Of a stretch of DNA of 64,000 bases, positions 12,351 to 25,399 are shown piece after piece. The position numbers and the translations under genes are program-made. Numbering within the stretch: position 1 is the first letter of the stretch; each line of letters begins with the position of its first letter. The stretch comes from Malacoraja senta (lineage: Eukaryota). The DNA lies in NCBI GenBank assembly GCA_038087875.1, contig CM075988.1, positions 24,864,001-24,928,000 of the forward strand, written 5' to 3'. The notes beneath the pieces are model-generated. The model was given only the letters and a program-made list of their open reading frames with translations, searched no databases and had not been told where the DNA came from.

Positions 12351-13289
12351 AGACTCTTTATTAAGATCCCAAATGCAATTAACCTTCAGGGACACAATGT
12401 TAAAAATGAGTGATGCGGAACCCATGGCAATACTTAGGTTTGCTACGAGTCTGAATGAGATGCTGCCCGCACTTACCCATCTTCTTCCTCGCCCCCACCA
12501 TCTACCCATCACCCACATATTCCTCATTGAATCCATCCTGCTCCCATCTTCCTGCCTACCCCACCACACTACCCTCATTTGGTCCAATATTACACCTTTC
12601 TTTCCCATTTGATTCCATCCACCTCAGCCCCTGCTACCTCCGCGATCATGTCCTGGCCTCTGTTGTCATCCCCACCCCTCTCTCCCCCATTTCCCTCCGC
12701 AGATGCTGCATGGCCCACTGAGTTCCTCCAGCTGAGTTGGTTTTTTTTTTTTTTTTGGTGCCTGCAGTTTTGTATCTGCATTTAAAATGCTTGGTGGGCT
12801 GTTGCTTATTGGATTTCTAATGAGGAGAGCAGGGAGCAATCAATACATTCAACAGCAATTGATTGGCTCTTAACTAGATGCATTTGGTTTTGATGGTACA
12901 AGGTATGAGGTCATCATTTATTTAGAGGAGTATTGATTGCTTTCAGGCAATTAGCTAAAGGCCAGACTGCAATCTCACAAAGATTTCTCCTTGTTCTTTC
13001 CCCTCTCTGCCTCTTGGAGAATGTTTTGTGTGGGAGGTTGAGCTTCCCCGCCACCGTGCGCAGCAGATCAGTCAGGTGTGGTTAATCTGAACCCTGTCCT
13101 TCAGGTGTGACAAGTGGGTCTCCACCTTGGGTGGGTTCATACTTGCGCTTGACCTTGATCCTTCATCTAACGAATCCACGCATGCTTTCTGAAGCAAGAT
13201 GCTTTTTTGTTTCGCAGCCGGGAGCCAGACCCTTACATCATCTTTTCCAAGCTAATGGCTCAGATTTTACTAAAAATGAAAAACCAGCT

Positions 13290-13680
13290 TCCAAACACAG
13301 CTGACCATTATTAATGAAAGACCAGCGGTGAGAGAAAAAAAACCCGTATGTCGTGAATCACATGTTACTGGAAGATTATGGCTGCTCCTCTGTTACCTTT
13401 CTGCAAACAGCATTTAGCCCTAAACCTCCCAGTGAGTTTCATGAAATTGCTGCATTTGCACGTTTATTGCCCATTAAACTCATCACAGGAAATTGCACCT
13501 TGTAATTAACAGTTGCAAGCACCTGTTTAACGGCATGATAATTGTAATTTACTGCTAGTTAACCTCTCCTAGCCAGACAGTGAGTGAACAATTAAAAATG
13601 ATCGTCTAGAAATTCATTTCTGCCATTTTCCCGGCATTAAAACCATGCCACCAATCTTCTTAAGCTGTTTTATAAAACTT
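13290..13680. promoter_or_regulatory. CNE-like / enhancer-like block
   Basis: Repeat-free, dense TAAT/ATTA, E-boxes CAGCTG/CACCTG, Sox-like AACAAT. Confidence 0.35.
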
Positions 13681-13802
13681 TTTTCCAACAAAAATAAGTA
13701 GAATTCATCAGCACCAGATCCCAAATGACACTTGGTGTTTCCTTAAAAAACAGCACTTAATTTCAGGAGAAGTGGACAAGAAAGCTCACATTTCTTCCAT
13801 AT

Positions 13803-14433
13803 CTCCACATTTATCACCTCCCGCCTAGATTACTGCAACTCCCTCTACACTGGCATCAGCCAATCTTCCCTGTCCCGCCTGCAACTGGTCCAAAACGCCG
13901 CAGCAGGACTCCTGACGGGCACCCGAAAAAGGGACCACATCACCCCGATCCTGGCCTCTCTCCACTGGCTCCCTGTGCGGATCGAATAAATTTCAAGATC
14001 CTCCTTTATGTCTACAAAGCCCTTAACGGGCTTGCCTCCACCTACATTAAAAGTCTGCGTACCCACCACACCACCTCCAGGTCCCTCAGATCGGCCGACT
14101 TGGGGTTACTGAACTTCCCGCGGTCTAGGCATAAACTCAGGGGCGACCGCACCTTTGCGGTTGCAGCTCCGAGACTCTGGAACAGCATCCCCCTTCCCAT
14201 CAGAACTGCCCCCTCCATCGACTCCTTTAAGTCGAGACTTAAAACTCATCTTTACTCTCAAGCCTTTCATGACCTCTTCTGAGGTCTGGCTATATGTATG
14301 TATTCATGTATGTACTTAATCCATGAACCACTGTTGTATAACGTTAGTACCTCCACCAATGTAAAGCACTTTGGCCAACGAGAGTTGTTTTTTAAATGTG
14401 CTATAGAAATAAAAGTGATTTGACTTGACTTGA
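13803..14433 (+). mobile_element. L2-clade LINE 3' fragment
   Basis: SRLDYCNSL..RLQLVQNAAA..HITPILASLHWLP..GDRTFAVAAPRLWNSIP; (gactt)n tail; same family at 59023 and 60927. Confidence 0.9.
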
Positions 14434-15342
14434 CTTTTGCTTTGACATTTCGAGATGAAGCCTTCAAAGGGTGAGACCACAATGGAGCTTTACTTTAGCT
14501 TCTGGCGAGTGTTATCATTAAGGAATGTTATCATTAAGTGAGATGGGTTGGGGGGTGGTGATGTGGGAGATCCTGCAAAGGTTTTATTTAGAACAGTGTG
14601 TGTAGGAGACAGCTTCCTTGTGCCAAGGGCCTTGACAACAGGAATGGAGGTGTCGATGAGGAATGGGGGTCAGGAGTCTCCTTGTTGAACATCGGCAAAG
14701 CTCGGAGCTCTGCAGTGCAGCCAGGTGTGAAGGTAAAAGTTGCATTCACCAAACCTGGAAAGCTCTCCAGTAGAGACTTGCTTTGTTTTTTTGCAATGCC
14801 GCAGTGAACAGCAAAGTGTCAAATGCAACATACAGTCGATCTATGGAGTCATCGTGCGAGGATCAAATCAGAAGTAGGTTGACACAAACAGGCATCCCAG
14901 TCACCACGTCCCCAGGTGGCACTGTAATCTCTCTCTGTCCAGGCATTACAATGAGGTGTTTCCTAATCAACTCTTCCCACAGCAATACCATCTGTGAGAG
15001 GTAGTCTTCCACAGACTAGTCCTTGTACATATCTATGCCAAACCACAAAGATGAGCTGGTGCACTGCTGCAAAACTCAGGGTCACCCTCCCACTCAAAGA
15101 GCTTACAGCCTTCAGCTGTCCCTGCTGCTCATCTCAGTGCAATGCCTTTCACTTTTCTGATGTGATGAAATTGGAAACCAGTCGCCTTCGTGGCACGATT
15201 TCTTTCAACTTTTCCGCCCACTTAGTTTTGAGGGGTGCCAATACCACCCGGGGTGGTGCAGACTGAGATGACAATTTGTGACTTATCTTGCAGAGAATTA
15301 TTGCAGCTGCTAGACTATGGCTGAAGCATGGACCAGGGTCAT

Positions 15343-15573
15343 TGGGGCGGCACAGTGGTAGAGTTGCTGCCTTACCCAGGTTTGAACATTGACTACAGGT
15401 GTTGTCTGTACGATCTCCCTGTGAACATGAGGGTTTTCTCCCGGGTGCTGCGGTTTTCTTCCACATTCCAAAGATGTACACATTATTATTGGGTTAACTG
15501 GCCAACTAGGATAGAATGAGTGTATGAGTGATTGCTGGTGGGCCGATGGGTCTGTTTCCGTGCTGTATCTCTA
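15343..15573 (+). mobile_element. HE1/V-SINE (degenerate)
   Basis: ggcggcacagtggtagagttgctgcc head, V domain, ctgtttccgtgctgtatctcta tail. Confidence 0.75.
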
Positions 15574-16130
15574 ATGAAAAAATCGTTATGAAAATGGTGA
15601 TTTTCCAAGAGGGAGCAATAATAAGTTGTGATTCCGATCAAGATGGTTGCAAATCCTGCCACAGGTGAATCTGGGGCATTGCAATATTGTGCAGGTGAGC
15701 GGAAAACCAGAAAAATAGCATTTGGAGCTCACGAACATCTTGCAACAAGAAAGTATGGAACATATTCATCACGGGCTACTTCTCTCTAAAGTATGCTCAA
15801 AATGTGTTAATCCCATGATAACGATCTTTTCTCCATGCAACACCAGTGTTCTAATTTCAAGGGTATAGTCTCATTTATTCAGGTTGTGAATTGTTTGGGG
15901 AGAATTCAGAAATATCACGTTCTACTTAACATCTTGGCTTTCTGAATTTGCTGCCTCACTTTCTCTTAACCCATTCTTTTCCTCTGTAACTTTATTTCCC
16001 TCTCTGTATCTGATTTCACTCTATTTCCTCTGTTTCCGCCTCTTCAATTTCTTCCTCGCTAATCTCGGTTAAGGGACGCTTTGTATCGAATGGAAGGTTT
16101 TTCAAGATAAATATCATTAGATAGATCTAA

Positions 16131-16341
16131 TGTTTAGGAAGGAACCAGATGCTGGTTTAAACAGAAGATAGACCCAAAAAGCTGGAGTAACTCAGCGGGC
16201 CAGGCAGATCTCTGGAGAAAAGAAATAGGCGACGTTTCAGGTTGAGACCCTTTTTGACTGAGAGTCAGGGAAAAGGGAAACGAGAGATATAGATGGTGAT
16301 ATAGAGAGATATAGAACAAATGAATGAATGATATGCAAAAG
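16131..16341 (-). mobile_element. PLE terminal repeat
   Basis: Family A sequence; short TSD-like atagatc at 16121 and 16342. Confidence 0.75.
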
Positions 16342-16502
16342 ATAGATCAACACCTTTTTTCAATGTTGTCATTGAAGGTTTTGTTACCGCCTCCTGCACA
16401 GAGATATTGCTCTCCTGAACAGCTCTCCCTGTAGCGCGAGTTCCAGACGACATAGCCTGGGGAAATCCGCATCAACCCTGCCAATTTCCTTCACATTCTT
16501 GA

Positions 16503-16572
16503 ATGCCTCAGTACTCACTCCTAGGTAGCCGAACGGTTAAACTGTGCACTCTCGTCATGGATCCTCTCATAG
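16503..16572 (+). other. Candidate alternative first coding exon (MDPLI, phase-1 donor)
   Basis: gtcATGG Kozak at 16557, AG|gtgagt consensus donor after 16572; in-frame upstream ATG at 16503. Confidence 0.35.
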
Positions 16573-17059
16573 GTGAGTGTGACTTAGGTGAGGCGATTCT
16601 CGTGATGACAGATGTTTTGTTTGCTGAGCTCAGTAACCTGGTCATTTTTCATGTAATCGATGGGTCCGGCTCATCGCAGGCTGTGGCCTGTGTTTATCTC
16701 TGACCTTAACATGTATTTAAAGTGCGTATATATCACTGCCATGCTGAGTATACAGCACGACACAGACAAAGCACTCTGCAGAAGTGTGTTCTTTTACACA
16801 ATTGAGCCACGACTTTTGGTATCAAAACCCATCACAGTTTCCGATGTTTGATTTATGGGTTTTTTCTCTCTCTGAAGGAGCTGTCTCTTACTGAGGAAAG
16901 GCAGTCTTAGAAATATGCTAGTATTTCAAAGGGTGAGTTTCTTTAAAGCATGGATGTTGCTGCAATGCCAGTTAAATGGCTGCTGCTAATACATCCACAA
17001 GCCTGGATTTTATCATAAGGCGTGCCAGGGGAGGCAGTAGGTCCCATTCACACATCACC

Positions 17060-17900
17060 CCCATGCTCATTCCCGCAGATCGATATGTGAACATATATAA
17101 GGATATTTTTTAATTAGGAGCTTTGTCCCTGGAATATGCTCTGCCAGTCAATAAGGTCACAGCTGATCTGAAGGTATCCTCAACAACACATTCCCATCCA
17201 TCTGAAGGCATGCTGCCATGCAGTATAGCTCTATGTCTCTATGCACAGTAACCTTACACCCTGTTGCCCCTCAATAATCTTTCTGTGTCTGCCTCAAAAA
17301 TATTCAAGGCTTCCCTTTGTTCTTTGAAATGGAGAGTTACAAAGTCTCAAGATCCTGTTAGAATCTCTCACAAGAGGAAACATTCCCTTCTGTCAAGACT
17401 CCCCAGAAGCTTAAATGTTTTAAGTACCATGTCTCACTCTTCGAGACTCCAGTGAACACAGACCTAGCCTCTCCAACTTTTCTTTTTAAGACAATCTACC
17501 CATTCCAGCCCAGTAAATCTTCTCAAGATGGCTTCCGTGGCATTATAATCCTTCCTTAAATCTGAAGACCATTGCCATGGATGGCATTCCAAAAGGTGGT
17601 CTCATTAGTGCCTAACATAATGTAGATACAACCATTTCACATTTGTACTCTATTCCCTCATGGTAAAAAGCAACTTGCTTTTATCCTTTCAATTTACCTT
17701 ATACACAATATGCACTGGATCACCTTGAGCTCTTTGTGTCTCAGGGCTGTGCAATCGCCTCACTATCTAGATATATTTTTCCTGTCAAAATGGATAATTC
17801 CACAAATGTTTCCACATTGTTCCTCATTTGCCAGATCTTTTCCCATTCACTTAACCTATCCATAACCTTTTGCATCTGCATTCTGTCCCCTTTGCAACTC
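17060..17900 (-). mobile_element. Old CR1 RT fragment
   Basis: Minus ORF MQKVMDRLSEWEKIWQMRNNVETF resembles CR1 RT LQxDLDRLxEWAxxWQMxFNVxKC. Confidence 0.65.
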
Positions 17901-17903
17901 ACT

Positions 17904-18071
17904 CCAAGAGAGCTAGATAGGGCTCTTAACAATAGCGGAGTCAGGGGATATGGGGAGAAGGCAGGAACGGGGTACTGATTGGGGATGATCAGCCATGATC
18001 ACATTGAATGGCGGTGCTGGCTCGAAGGGCCGAATGGCCTACTCCTGCACCTATTGTCTATTGTCTATTGT
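17904..18071 (+). mobile_element. CR1/HER1 LINE 3' end
   Basis: Same young family as 10362 and 28430. Confidence 0.85.
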
Positions 18072-18834
18072 CACTTTACCACCTAACCTTGTCGTGAGCA
18101 CAATTTAGTGTCTTAATCTTATTTATTTATGTCACACCACTCATTTCATCTTGCCAACCAGAAAATGACCCATTTATGCTTTCCATTCATTTCTTGTTAT
18201 CCAGCCAATCTTCTATCCAAATGTTGCCTCGTTCACGAGCTGCCATTCTCCACAATAACCTTATCTAAGTATTCTCAATCTCCTAATTCCATTTTATTCG
18301 CAGTACATTACTTCAGATCTAATAATAGCTCTGTTTTTAAATTCTCATGCTCGTGTTTTAGTCTCAACTTTGAATTTATTTCTTGGCGGTGTGTCTGCAG
18401 CCATCTGTTAAATGAATCCAAGGTTTTATCCTATCTCTATATTTGTAATCTCCTTAAACTCTGGAATTTCCACCCTGAATGTCTCTATTTTTACCTCCTC
18501 CAAAAGCAAGCATTTCGGTTTCCTTTCCTAATATCTTCTCACATGGTTTGGTATCAGTAATTTTCTAACAAAGCTCCTGTGAATTACTTTGTGACGCTTT
18601 ACTGAAGGATGGACAGAATGAAGGAACATTTGTTTATTTAGTGCCTTCCTTGGCGCCAGGACTCATGTGGGACTTCAGAAATGGAGTAATGTAAGAAACA
18701 GCATTGTACGTGCAGTACAAATGCAAGCTGTTATAACTAGGCAATAAGTACCTTAAGGCAATTTGACCATAATATAAATCACAACCCAGCCTGGCTGTCT
18801 CTTTACTTGGTATAAACTCAATCTGCAGCCTTTC

Positions 18835-19540
18835 AAGTCATTTTTAGTGTCATATTATTTATATGACATATATGTCCTGAAACAAACAATGTAATTCTTA
18901 CCTGCAGTAGCACAACAGATATGCAAATATATATATATATATATATATAAATATAAATATAATAGATAATAATAATACAAACAAATAATAATAGTGCAAT
19001 GACAAAAACAATGTCCTCAAGGCTATGTAGTTTGGAGTTTATTTGGAGGTTGTGGTGTTTAATACCCTAAGATGGACACAAAAGCTGGAGTAACTCAGCA
19101 GGACAGGCAACATCTCTGTAGAGTAGGAATGGGTGATGTTTCGGGTCGAGACCCTTCTTCAGACTCTTGATGGTTGTAGGGAGGAAGCTGCTCCCTAACC
19201 TGGATGTTACCGTTTTCAGGCTCCTGTACCTTCTATCTGATGGCGTGAGTGAAATGAGAGTGTTGCCAGGATGGTGTGGGGTCTCTGATGATGCCGGCTC
19301 CCCTTATACGGCAGTGACACCTGTAGATTCCTTCGATGGTGGGGAGGTCAGTACCCGTGATGGAAATTGGAGTATTCGCTACTTTTTGCAATCTTCTTAA
19401 TTCTTGGGCGTTTCAGTTGCTGAACCAGGCCCTGCGTGCTGCAACGAGTCAATATGCTCTTGATAGAAGTTCAAGAGAGTATTCGTTGAAATACCGAATC
19501 TCCTCAAACTTCTAATGAAGTTGATGGGCTTTCTAATTGA
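18835..19540 (-). mobile_element. Rex1/Babar LINE fragment with nested PLE (19071-19165)
   Basis: gatggttgtagggaggaagctgctccctaacctgg...gctcctgtaccttct typical Rex1; PLE splits it. Confidence 0.7.
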
Positions 19541-19559
19541 TTGCATCATTGTGCTGGGT

Positions 19560-19695
19560 CTCTTGGAGAAAACCTACGCAGGTCACGGGGAGAGAATGTA
19601 CAAACTCCGTACACACAAGCACCTGTAGTCAGGATCGAACCCGGGTCTCTGGCGATGTAAGACTGCAAGGCTACCGCTGCGCCACCGTGCCGCCC
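19560..19695 (-). mobile_element. HE1/V-SINE 5' half
   Basis: caggtcacggggagagaatgtacaaactcc...ggatcgaacccgggtc...cgccaccgtgccgcc. Confidence 0.8.
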
Positions 19696-20167
19696 TATTC
19701 ATTCAGTACAGAAAGGTGTTGGATTATCACACCCATTCCAGGTCTTTGGTACCCAAGCCAGTTAGTCCCATTCTCTTATTTTTCCTCTTAGCTCTGCAAA
19801 TTTATATATTTAAAAAAATCTAGGACAAGGACAAAAATCTTATAAGTATCGAGGGCTTTTTTGCCTGCTAAATATTTTATCTACAAACAGACTGTTTCAA
19901 AACGTCTGTACAACTTGCTACCACTGCACATTTCCATGCATGTTCAATAAGACAAGGAGCCTGGCAATGAGGTGCCTGATCAGGGATCCATTTTTCACTG
20001 AATAAATTAGCTTTCTTCCTGACTGTGTTATTTTTTATAAGCTTTTTTTCCATACGATATGAGTTTTCATCCACTGTTTAAAGGATTTTTTTCCCCTTTG
20101 AAGTCCACATACGGTTGGTTGGTCCACTGACTTTCAACTTGCTTTCTTCATTTTATCTTCCCTGCTT

Positions 20168-20386
20168 TTGTGTGTGCGTGTGCGTGCATGCATGTGTGTG
20201 TGTGTGTGTGCACGTGTGTGTGTGTGTGTGCATGTGCGTGTGTGTGTGTGTGCACATGTGTGTGTGTTTGTGCGTGTGTGCGTGTGCGTGCATGCATATG
20301 TGTGTGTGTGTGCGCGTGTGTGTGCGCGTGTGCGTGCATGCATGTGTGTGTGTGTGTGCGCGTGTGTGGTGTGTGTGTGTGTGTGG

Positions 20387-20417
<31 letters not shown>

Positions 20418-20884
20418 TGTGTGTGTGGTGTGTGTGTGTGTGTGGTGTGTGGTGTGTGTGTGTGTGTGTGGTGTGCATGTGTGTGTGGTGTGTGTGTGTG
20501 GTGTGTGTGTGTGTGTGTGGTGTGTGTGTGTGTGTGTGGTGTGCGTGTGTGTGTGGTGTGTGTGTGTGTGTGTGGTGTGTGTGTGTGTGGTGTGCGTGTG
20601 TGCGTGCATGCATGTGTGTGTGTGTGTGTGGTGTGCGTGTGTGCGTGCATGCATGTGTGGTGTGTGTGTGTGTGTGGTGTGCGTGTGTGCGTGCATGCAT
20701 GTGTGTGTGTGTGTGTGTGTGTGTTGTGTGTGTGCGCGTGTGTGTGTGTGTGTGTGTGTGTGCATGCGTGTGTGTTTGTGTGTGTGTGCGTGCGTGCGTG
20801 CGTGCGTGTGTGTGTGTGTGCGTGTGTGTGTGTGTGTGTGTGCGTGCGCGTGTGTGTGTGTGTGTGCGTGCGTGCGTGTGTGTG

Positions 20885-20928
<44 letters not shown>

Positions 20929-21346
20929 TGTGTGCGTGCGCGCGTGCGTGTGTGTGTGCGTGCGTGCGTGTGTGTGTGTGTGCGTGTGTGTGTGCGTGCG
21001 TGCGTGTGTGTGTGTGTGTGCGTGCATGCGTGTGTGTGTGTGTGTGCGTGCATGCGTGTGTGTGTGTGTGCGTGCGTGTGTGTGTGCGTGCATGCGTGTG
21101 TGTGTGTGTGTGTGTGCGTGCATGCGTGTGTGTGTGTGTGTGCGTGCGTGTGTGTGTGCGTGCATGCGTGTGTGTGTGTGTGTGTGTGCATGCGTGTGTG
21201 TGTGTGTGTGTGTGCGTGCATGCGTGTGTGTGTGTGTGTGTGTGTGCATGCGTGTGTGTGTGTGTGTGCGTGCATGCGTGTGTGTGTGTGTGTGTGTGCA
21301 TGTGTGTGTGTGTGTGTGTGTGTGCATGCGTGTGTGTGTGTGTGTG
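20168..21346. repeat. Compound (GT)n/(GTGC)n/TGCATG microsatellite
   Basis: About 1.2 kb of nearly uninterrupted alternating purine-pyrimidine sequence. Confidence 0.98.
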
Positions 21347-21419
21347 CCAGTCAGGTGTGTGCAAGTCCATGGGTCTGTCCGCTGAGTTTGGCTGGTCATG
21401 TGACTGTTTGTCTTTATCG

Positions 21420-21709
21420 GTCAATCTGTGTTTGAATGGTGTGTGTGTGTGTGTTTATGTCTGTTTATTTGTCTGATGTGCCTTGTGTTGTGTGCATGTA
21501 TGCCTGGATGGCATGTGTTTGCGTGCCCATCTGGTACACGTGTGTTTGTGTGCCTGTCTATGTGGAATATGTTTTACCTGTCTTTCTCGTGTGTGTGTGT
21601 GTCTATGTGTGTGTGTGTCTGCATGTATGTAAGTGTGTCTGCATGTATGTGTGTGTGTGTGTCTGCATGTATGTACGTGTGTGTGTGTGTGTGTGTGTCT
21701 GCATGTATG

Positions 21710-21775
<66 letters not shown>

Positions 21776-21828
21776 TGCATGTATGTACGTGTGTGTGTGT
21801 GTGTGTGTGTGTGTCTGCATGTATGTAC

Positions 21829-21872
<44 letters not shown>

Positions 21873-21901
21873 CTGCATGTATGTACGTGTGTGTGTGTGT
21901 G
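21420..21901. repeat. (GT)n satellite with gtctgcatgtatgtac units
   Basis: Repeating unit ctgcatgtatgtacgtgtgt... Confidence 0.9.
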
Positions 21902-22029
21902 CCAGACTGTGCCGCTCCTCACCTTCCATTCGCCAGACATAGCATTCATCCTCCTTCTTCACAATCTCTGACGGCTACAATAGATTCCAACTTTTTCCTT
22001 CCCCTTTCCGCATTTCCAAGGGGTTGTTC

Positions 22030-22290
22030 CCTTTGCAACTCCCCATTCCATTCCCACTGACCATTCCCTTTGAATTATTTTGCTACTTTGCAAGGACACA
22101 AACAATTTTTCTAAATGAAACAGTGATTCACTTGGACTTCTTCCGGTCTAGGGTGTTTCATTCAGTCTTCACCATGTGGTCACCTCCACGTTGGAGGAAC
22201 CGTATGCAGATTGGGTGAGAGCTCTGCACCTGCATTCTGGAGTGACCCTCAGCTCCATGCTGCCACTTTAATTCTCAAACACCCTTCCTC
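22030..22290 (+). mobile_element. Degenerate PLE GIY-YIG relic
   Basis: cacgttggaggaaccgtatgcagattgggtga (YIGETxRRLG-like) and cactttaattctc (HFNS). Confidence 0.5.
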
Positions 22291-24647
22291 TCTGACCTAT
22301 ATGTCTGTGTCTATTCTCATTTATGTTTATGCTTGTTTGATTGTTTCTCTGAATGTCTGTCAGTCCTTTATGCATGTCTTTTGTCTAACATGTGTTATGT
22401 ATAAAAACTACTTCACTAAACGGTGTTCAAGTGTGTCTGCACACGCTTGTTTGTGTGTGTGCGCTCGCATGTGTGCTTGTACATGCATGTGTGTGTGTCG
22501 GTCTAATTGATGTATGTGTGTGTGAGATTTTATGATTGTGAGTATGCGTCCAGTGTGATTGTGAGTATGCGTCTGGTGTGATTCTGAGTGTGCGTCCGGT
22601 GGGACAATCTGTCTGTCCATTGTGTCTCTGTGGAGGGTGTGTGTGTGTGTGTGTGTCTGAAGAGTTTGTCTGTCTATTCGGTGACTGTATGTGAGTCTAG
22701 GTGTTAGGTGAGTGTTGGGGTGTGTTTAACTAACTGAGATGTATATGTATTTGTGTGAAACTCTATTTTTGGTGTCTGTTTGCCTACTTGGCTATAATGT
22801 GGCTGTCTGGTGTGTCTGTGAATGGTGTGCAGGCTATCTGGTGTGCGTTCTGTGTAGGGCCGTGTGTGTGTTTGTGCGCACACACACTTTTAATGTGTTT
22901 GTGTGTCTAAGTACACAAATATGTCTGCTTTGTCATTTTCCTTCTGATTTCAAAAGCGAGGTCTGGCTTTCATCTCCAGGGTTGACCTCTAACCTCTGAC
23001 CTCCTGTCTCGTACCAAATGTGAATCCAATGATAATAGAAAATACTGGGGCCCTGAAAAGGCAGATGATACATTCTGTGCAAAAAAAGTAATGCGTTGGC
23101 TAAATCTCTTTGCTTTAAAAAAATAGTGATTCTGGTTTTCACTTTTGTGATCCCTACGTTCTTGTTAACAGTAACTCCAACTCAAATTCCTTCTTTTTTA
23201 ACAGCATAGAGAGGTTCTTCTGCTTCTTTGGTTTCACGTTGTCTTAACTGAATCTTTTACAGCATTCGTGAAGACATTTTGTGAGCACGGAATAAAGGGT
23301 GGTAGAAAAGAAATGGATAGTCTTCCATAATAATGTTTTTCTTGCCAATTCCTAAAAGAGTTTCCCCATTGTAGACTTACATATAACCAGATGGTATAGG
23401 TTTATGGTAAGGACAAAGAGATTTAGAGGGATTATAAGGAAGAATATTTTCACAGTGGGTGGTTGGAATTTGATATAAACTGCTAGGAGGGTGTTGAAAA
23501 TGAGGACTGTCAGAAAATATAAGCATCTAGACAACTGTACCAATTTACTGTTGTGTGGTGTATTTTTAAAATTGCTGTTTTTTCTTTTTTTCCCTCCCAC
23601 AAATAGTATGTAATATGTGAATATGTGATTCTGTTCCATTCCGTTTTGTAGTTTTTTTGCACAATCCGCAAGCATTGCCACTTTTCATTTCACTGCGCAT
23701 CTCGTATGTGTATGTGACGAATAAACTTGACTTGACTTAACCATTTGAATTGACAAGTCATTGAAGGCTTGGACTAAGTGCTGGCAAGTAGATGAGCACT
23801 TGATGGTGGGCCAAATGGCCTGTTTCTGTGCTGTATGACTTTATGACTATGGACTATGTCCTCTGTCAACTCCCTGTAGTTTTGCTCTCTGGAATATCAA
23901 GTTCCCCCTTTGCCTTTCTTTTCATACACCTGCCTTGTTTCACTGAATTACTTTACCTAACCCTGACCAGGATGATGGTGGAGCTAGGGTATACATTGCT
24001 GGGTTAGTGTGAGTTTGAATATCATCTAGGGCCTTCTGTTCCCCAATGGAAGATAAGAACACATACCAGCACATTGGTAATGCCCCATGTGAAGGACTAT
24101 CTACTGATAGATTTGGTGCAAAGCATGAGGCTGGAAGACAGTCAGCATGAGATATCATTTTTCACTTTGGGAACAGTGGAATTGTTCTCATTGAAGCAAG
24201 AAAAAGTAAAATGGATATTTAATTGGTTTCAAATTATGAGAGATTTGTCAAGAGAAAATGGGGAGAGATTATTTCCAGTGGCGGAAGGATTGGAAACGGA
24301 AGAACTAGGTTTAAGTTAATTGCTTAAAAAAACTGGGAAAGGGTGTAAAATTATTCGATAAACATTGACGCCATCCACAACTGGCCCCACACTGCTTGCA
24401 GAATGCACCATGGACAAAATGCATTGTCGGAATTCACCGCCTCTATGACAATTTTTCCCAAAGCAGCAAAATAGATCGCCAAGGCACTTTTTCATTGCCA
24501 TGGAGTCTTGATTCCGAACCTCATCAACCTACCCCATTGTAGGATTATATCCTCCAGTTGGACCTCAGCCATGTAAGAAGGTGTATTAAATGCTTACCTT
24601 GCCAGAGATGCCCTCATCCTGTAAATGGAATTTTTCAAAGATATCAA

Positions 24648-24826
24648 CAGTGGTACAATGGTAGAGTTGCTGCCTTACAGTGTCAGGGACCCGGGTTTGG
24701 TTTCTTTAAATTGTCCCTAGTGTGCAGGATAGAACTAGTGTATGGGTGATCACTGGTCTGCATGGACTTGGTGGGTTGAAGGGCCTGTTTCTGCTCTGTA
24801 TCTTTAAACTAAACTAAACTAAACTA
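24648..24826 (+). mobile_element. Internally deleted HE1/V-SINE
   Basis: tRNA-like head and (aaact)n tail. Confidence 0.75.
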
Positions 24827-25221
24827 GATGACCTGCCAAACACATTTTCCAGCAATGTCTTGGGGAAGTTTAGTTTGGAGATATAGCGTGGAATTTACCA
24901 CTGCGCCAGCCACACTGCCAACTCTTTACCCGAGATCAAAGTTTGTTTTGAACACAAATGCTACTTGCTGCGTTATTGGCTTTCCCACCCCATCCAAAAT
25001 ACAATTCCATAAAGGGCCATGGAAGAAAAATGGACAGCAACTTTCAGGAGGGAATCAAATTCTTGAAATTGCAGAATTTGTAAGGCTATGGGGAAGAGGA
25101 AGTGTGTGGTATGAAACTGAATAATTCTACCAAAGAGTTAGCACATGAGGATGAGCAGAAAGTTGGCCTGTGCTATGAAGCCAAGTGGTTATAAAATTGG
25201 GATAAGGTGTGGAGAGAAGGG

Positions 25222-25320
25222 ACTGAAGAAGGATCTCGACCCGAAATGTCGCCCATTCTTTCTCTCCAGAGATGCTGCCTCACCCGCTGAGTTACTCCAG
25301 CATTTTATTTTGCTACCTTC
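25222..25320 (+). mobile_element. Short PLE insertion
   Basis: ctgaagaaggatctcgacccgaaatgtc...; TSD-like gaagggactg at ~25215 and ~25325. Confidence 0.75.
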
Positions 25321-25399
25321 CAGGGAAGGGACTGCCATGTCCACAGAATGATCAGGGTATGTCTGTCATATATAGGGAGTGGGAGGAGGAGATTACAGT

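Noticed and set aside
20115..22060. Long Cys/Val or His/Thr ORFs in all six frames
   Set aside because: Translation of (GT)n satellite, which lacks stop codons; not genes
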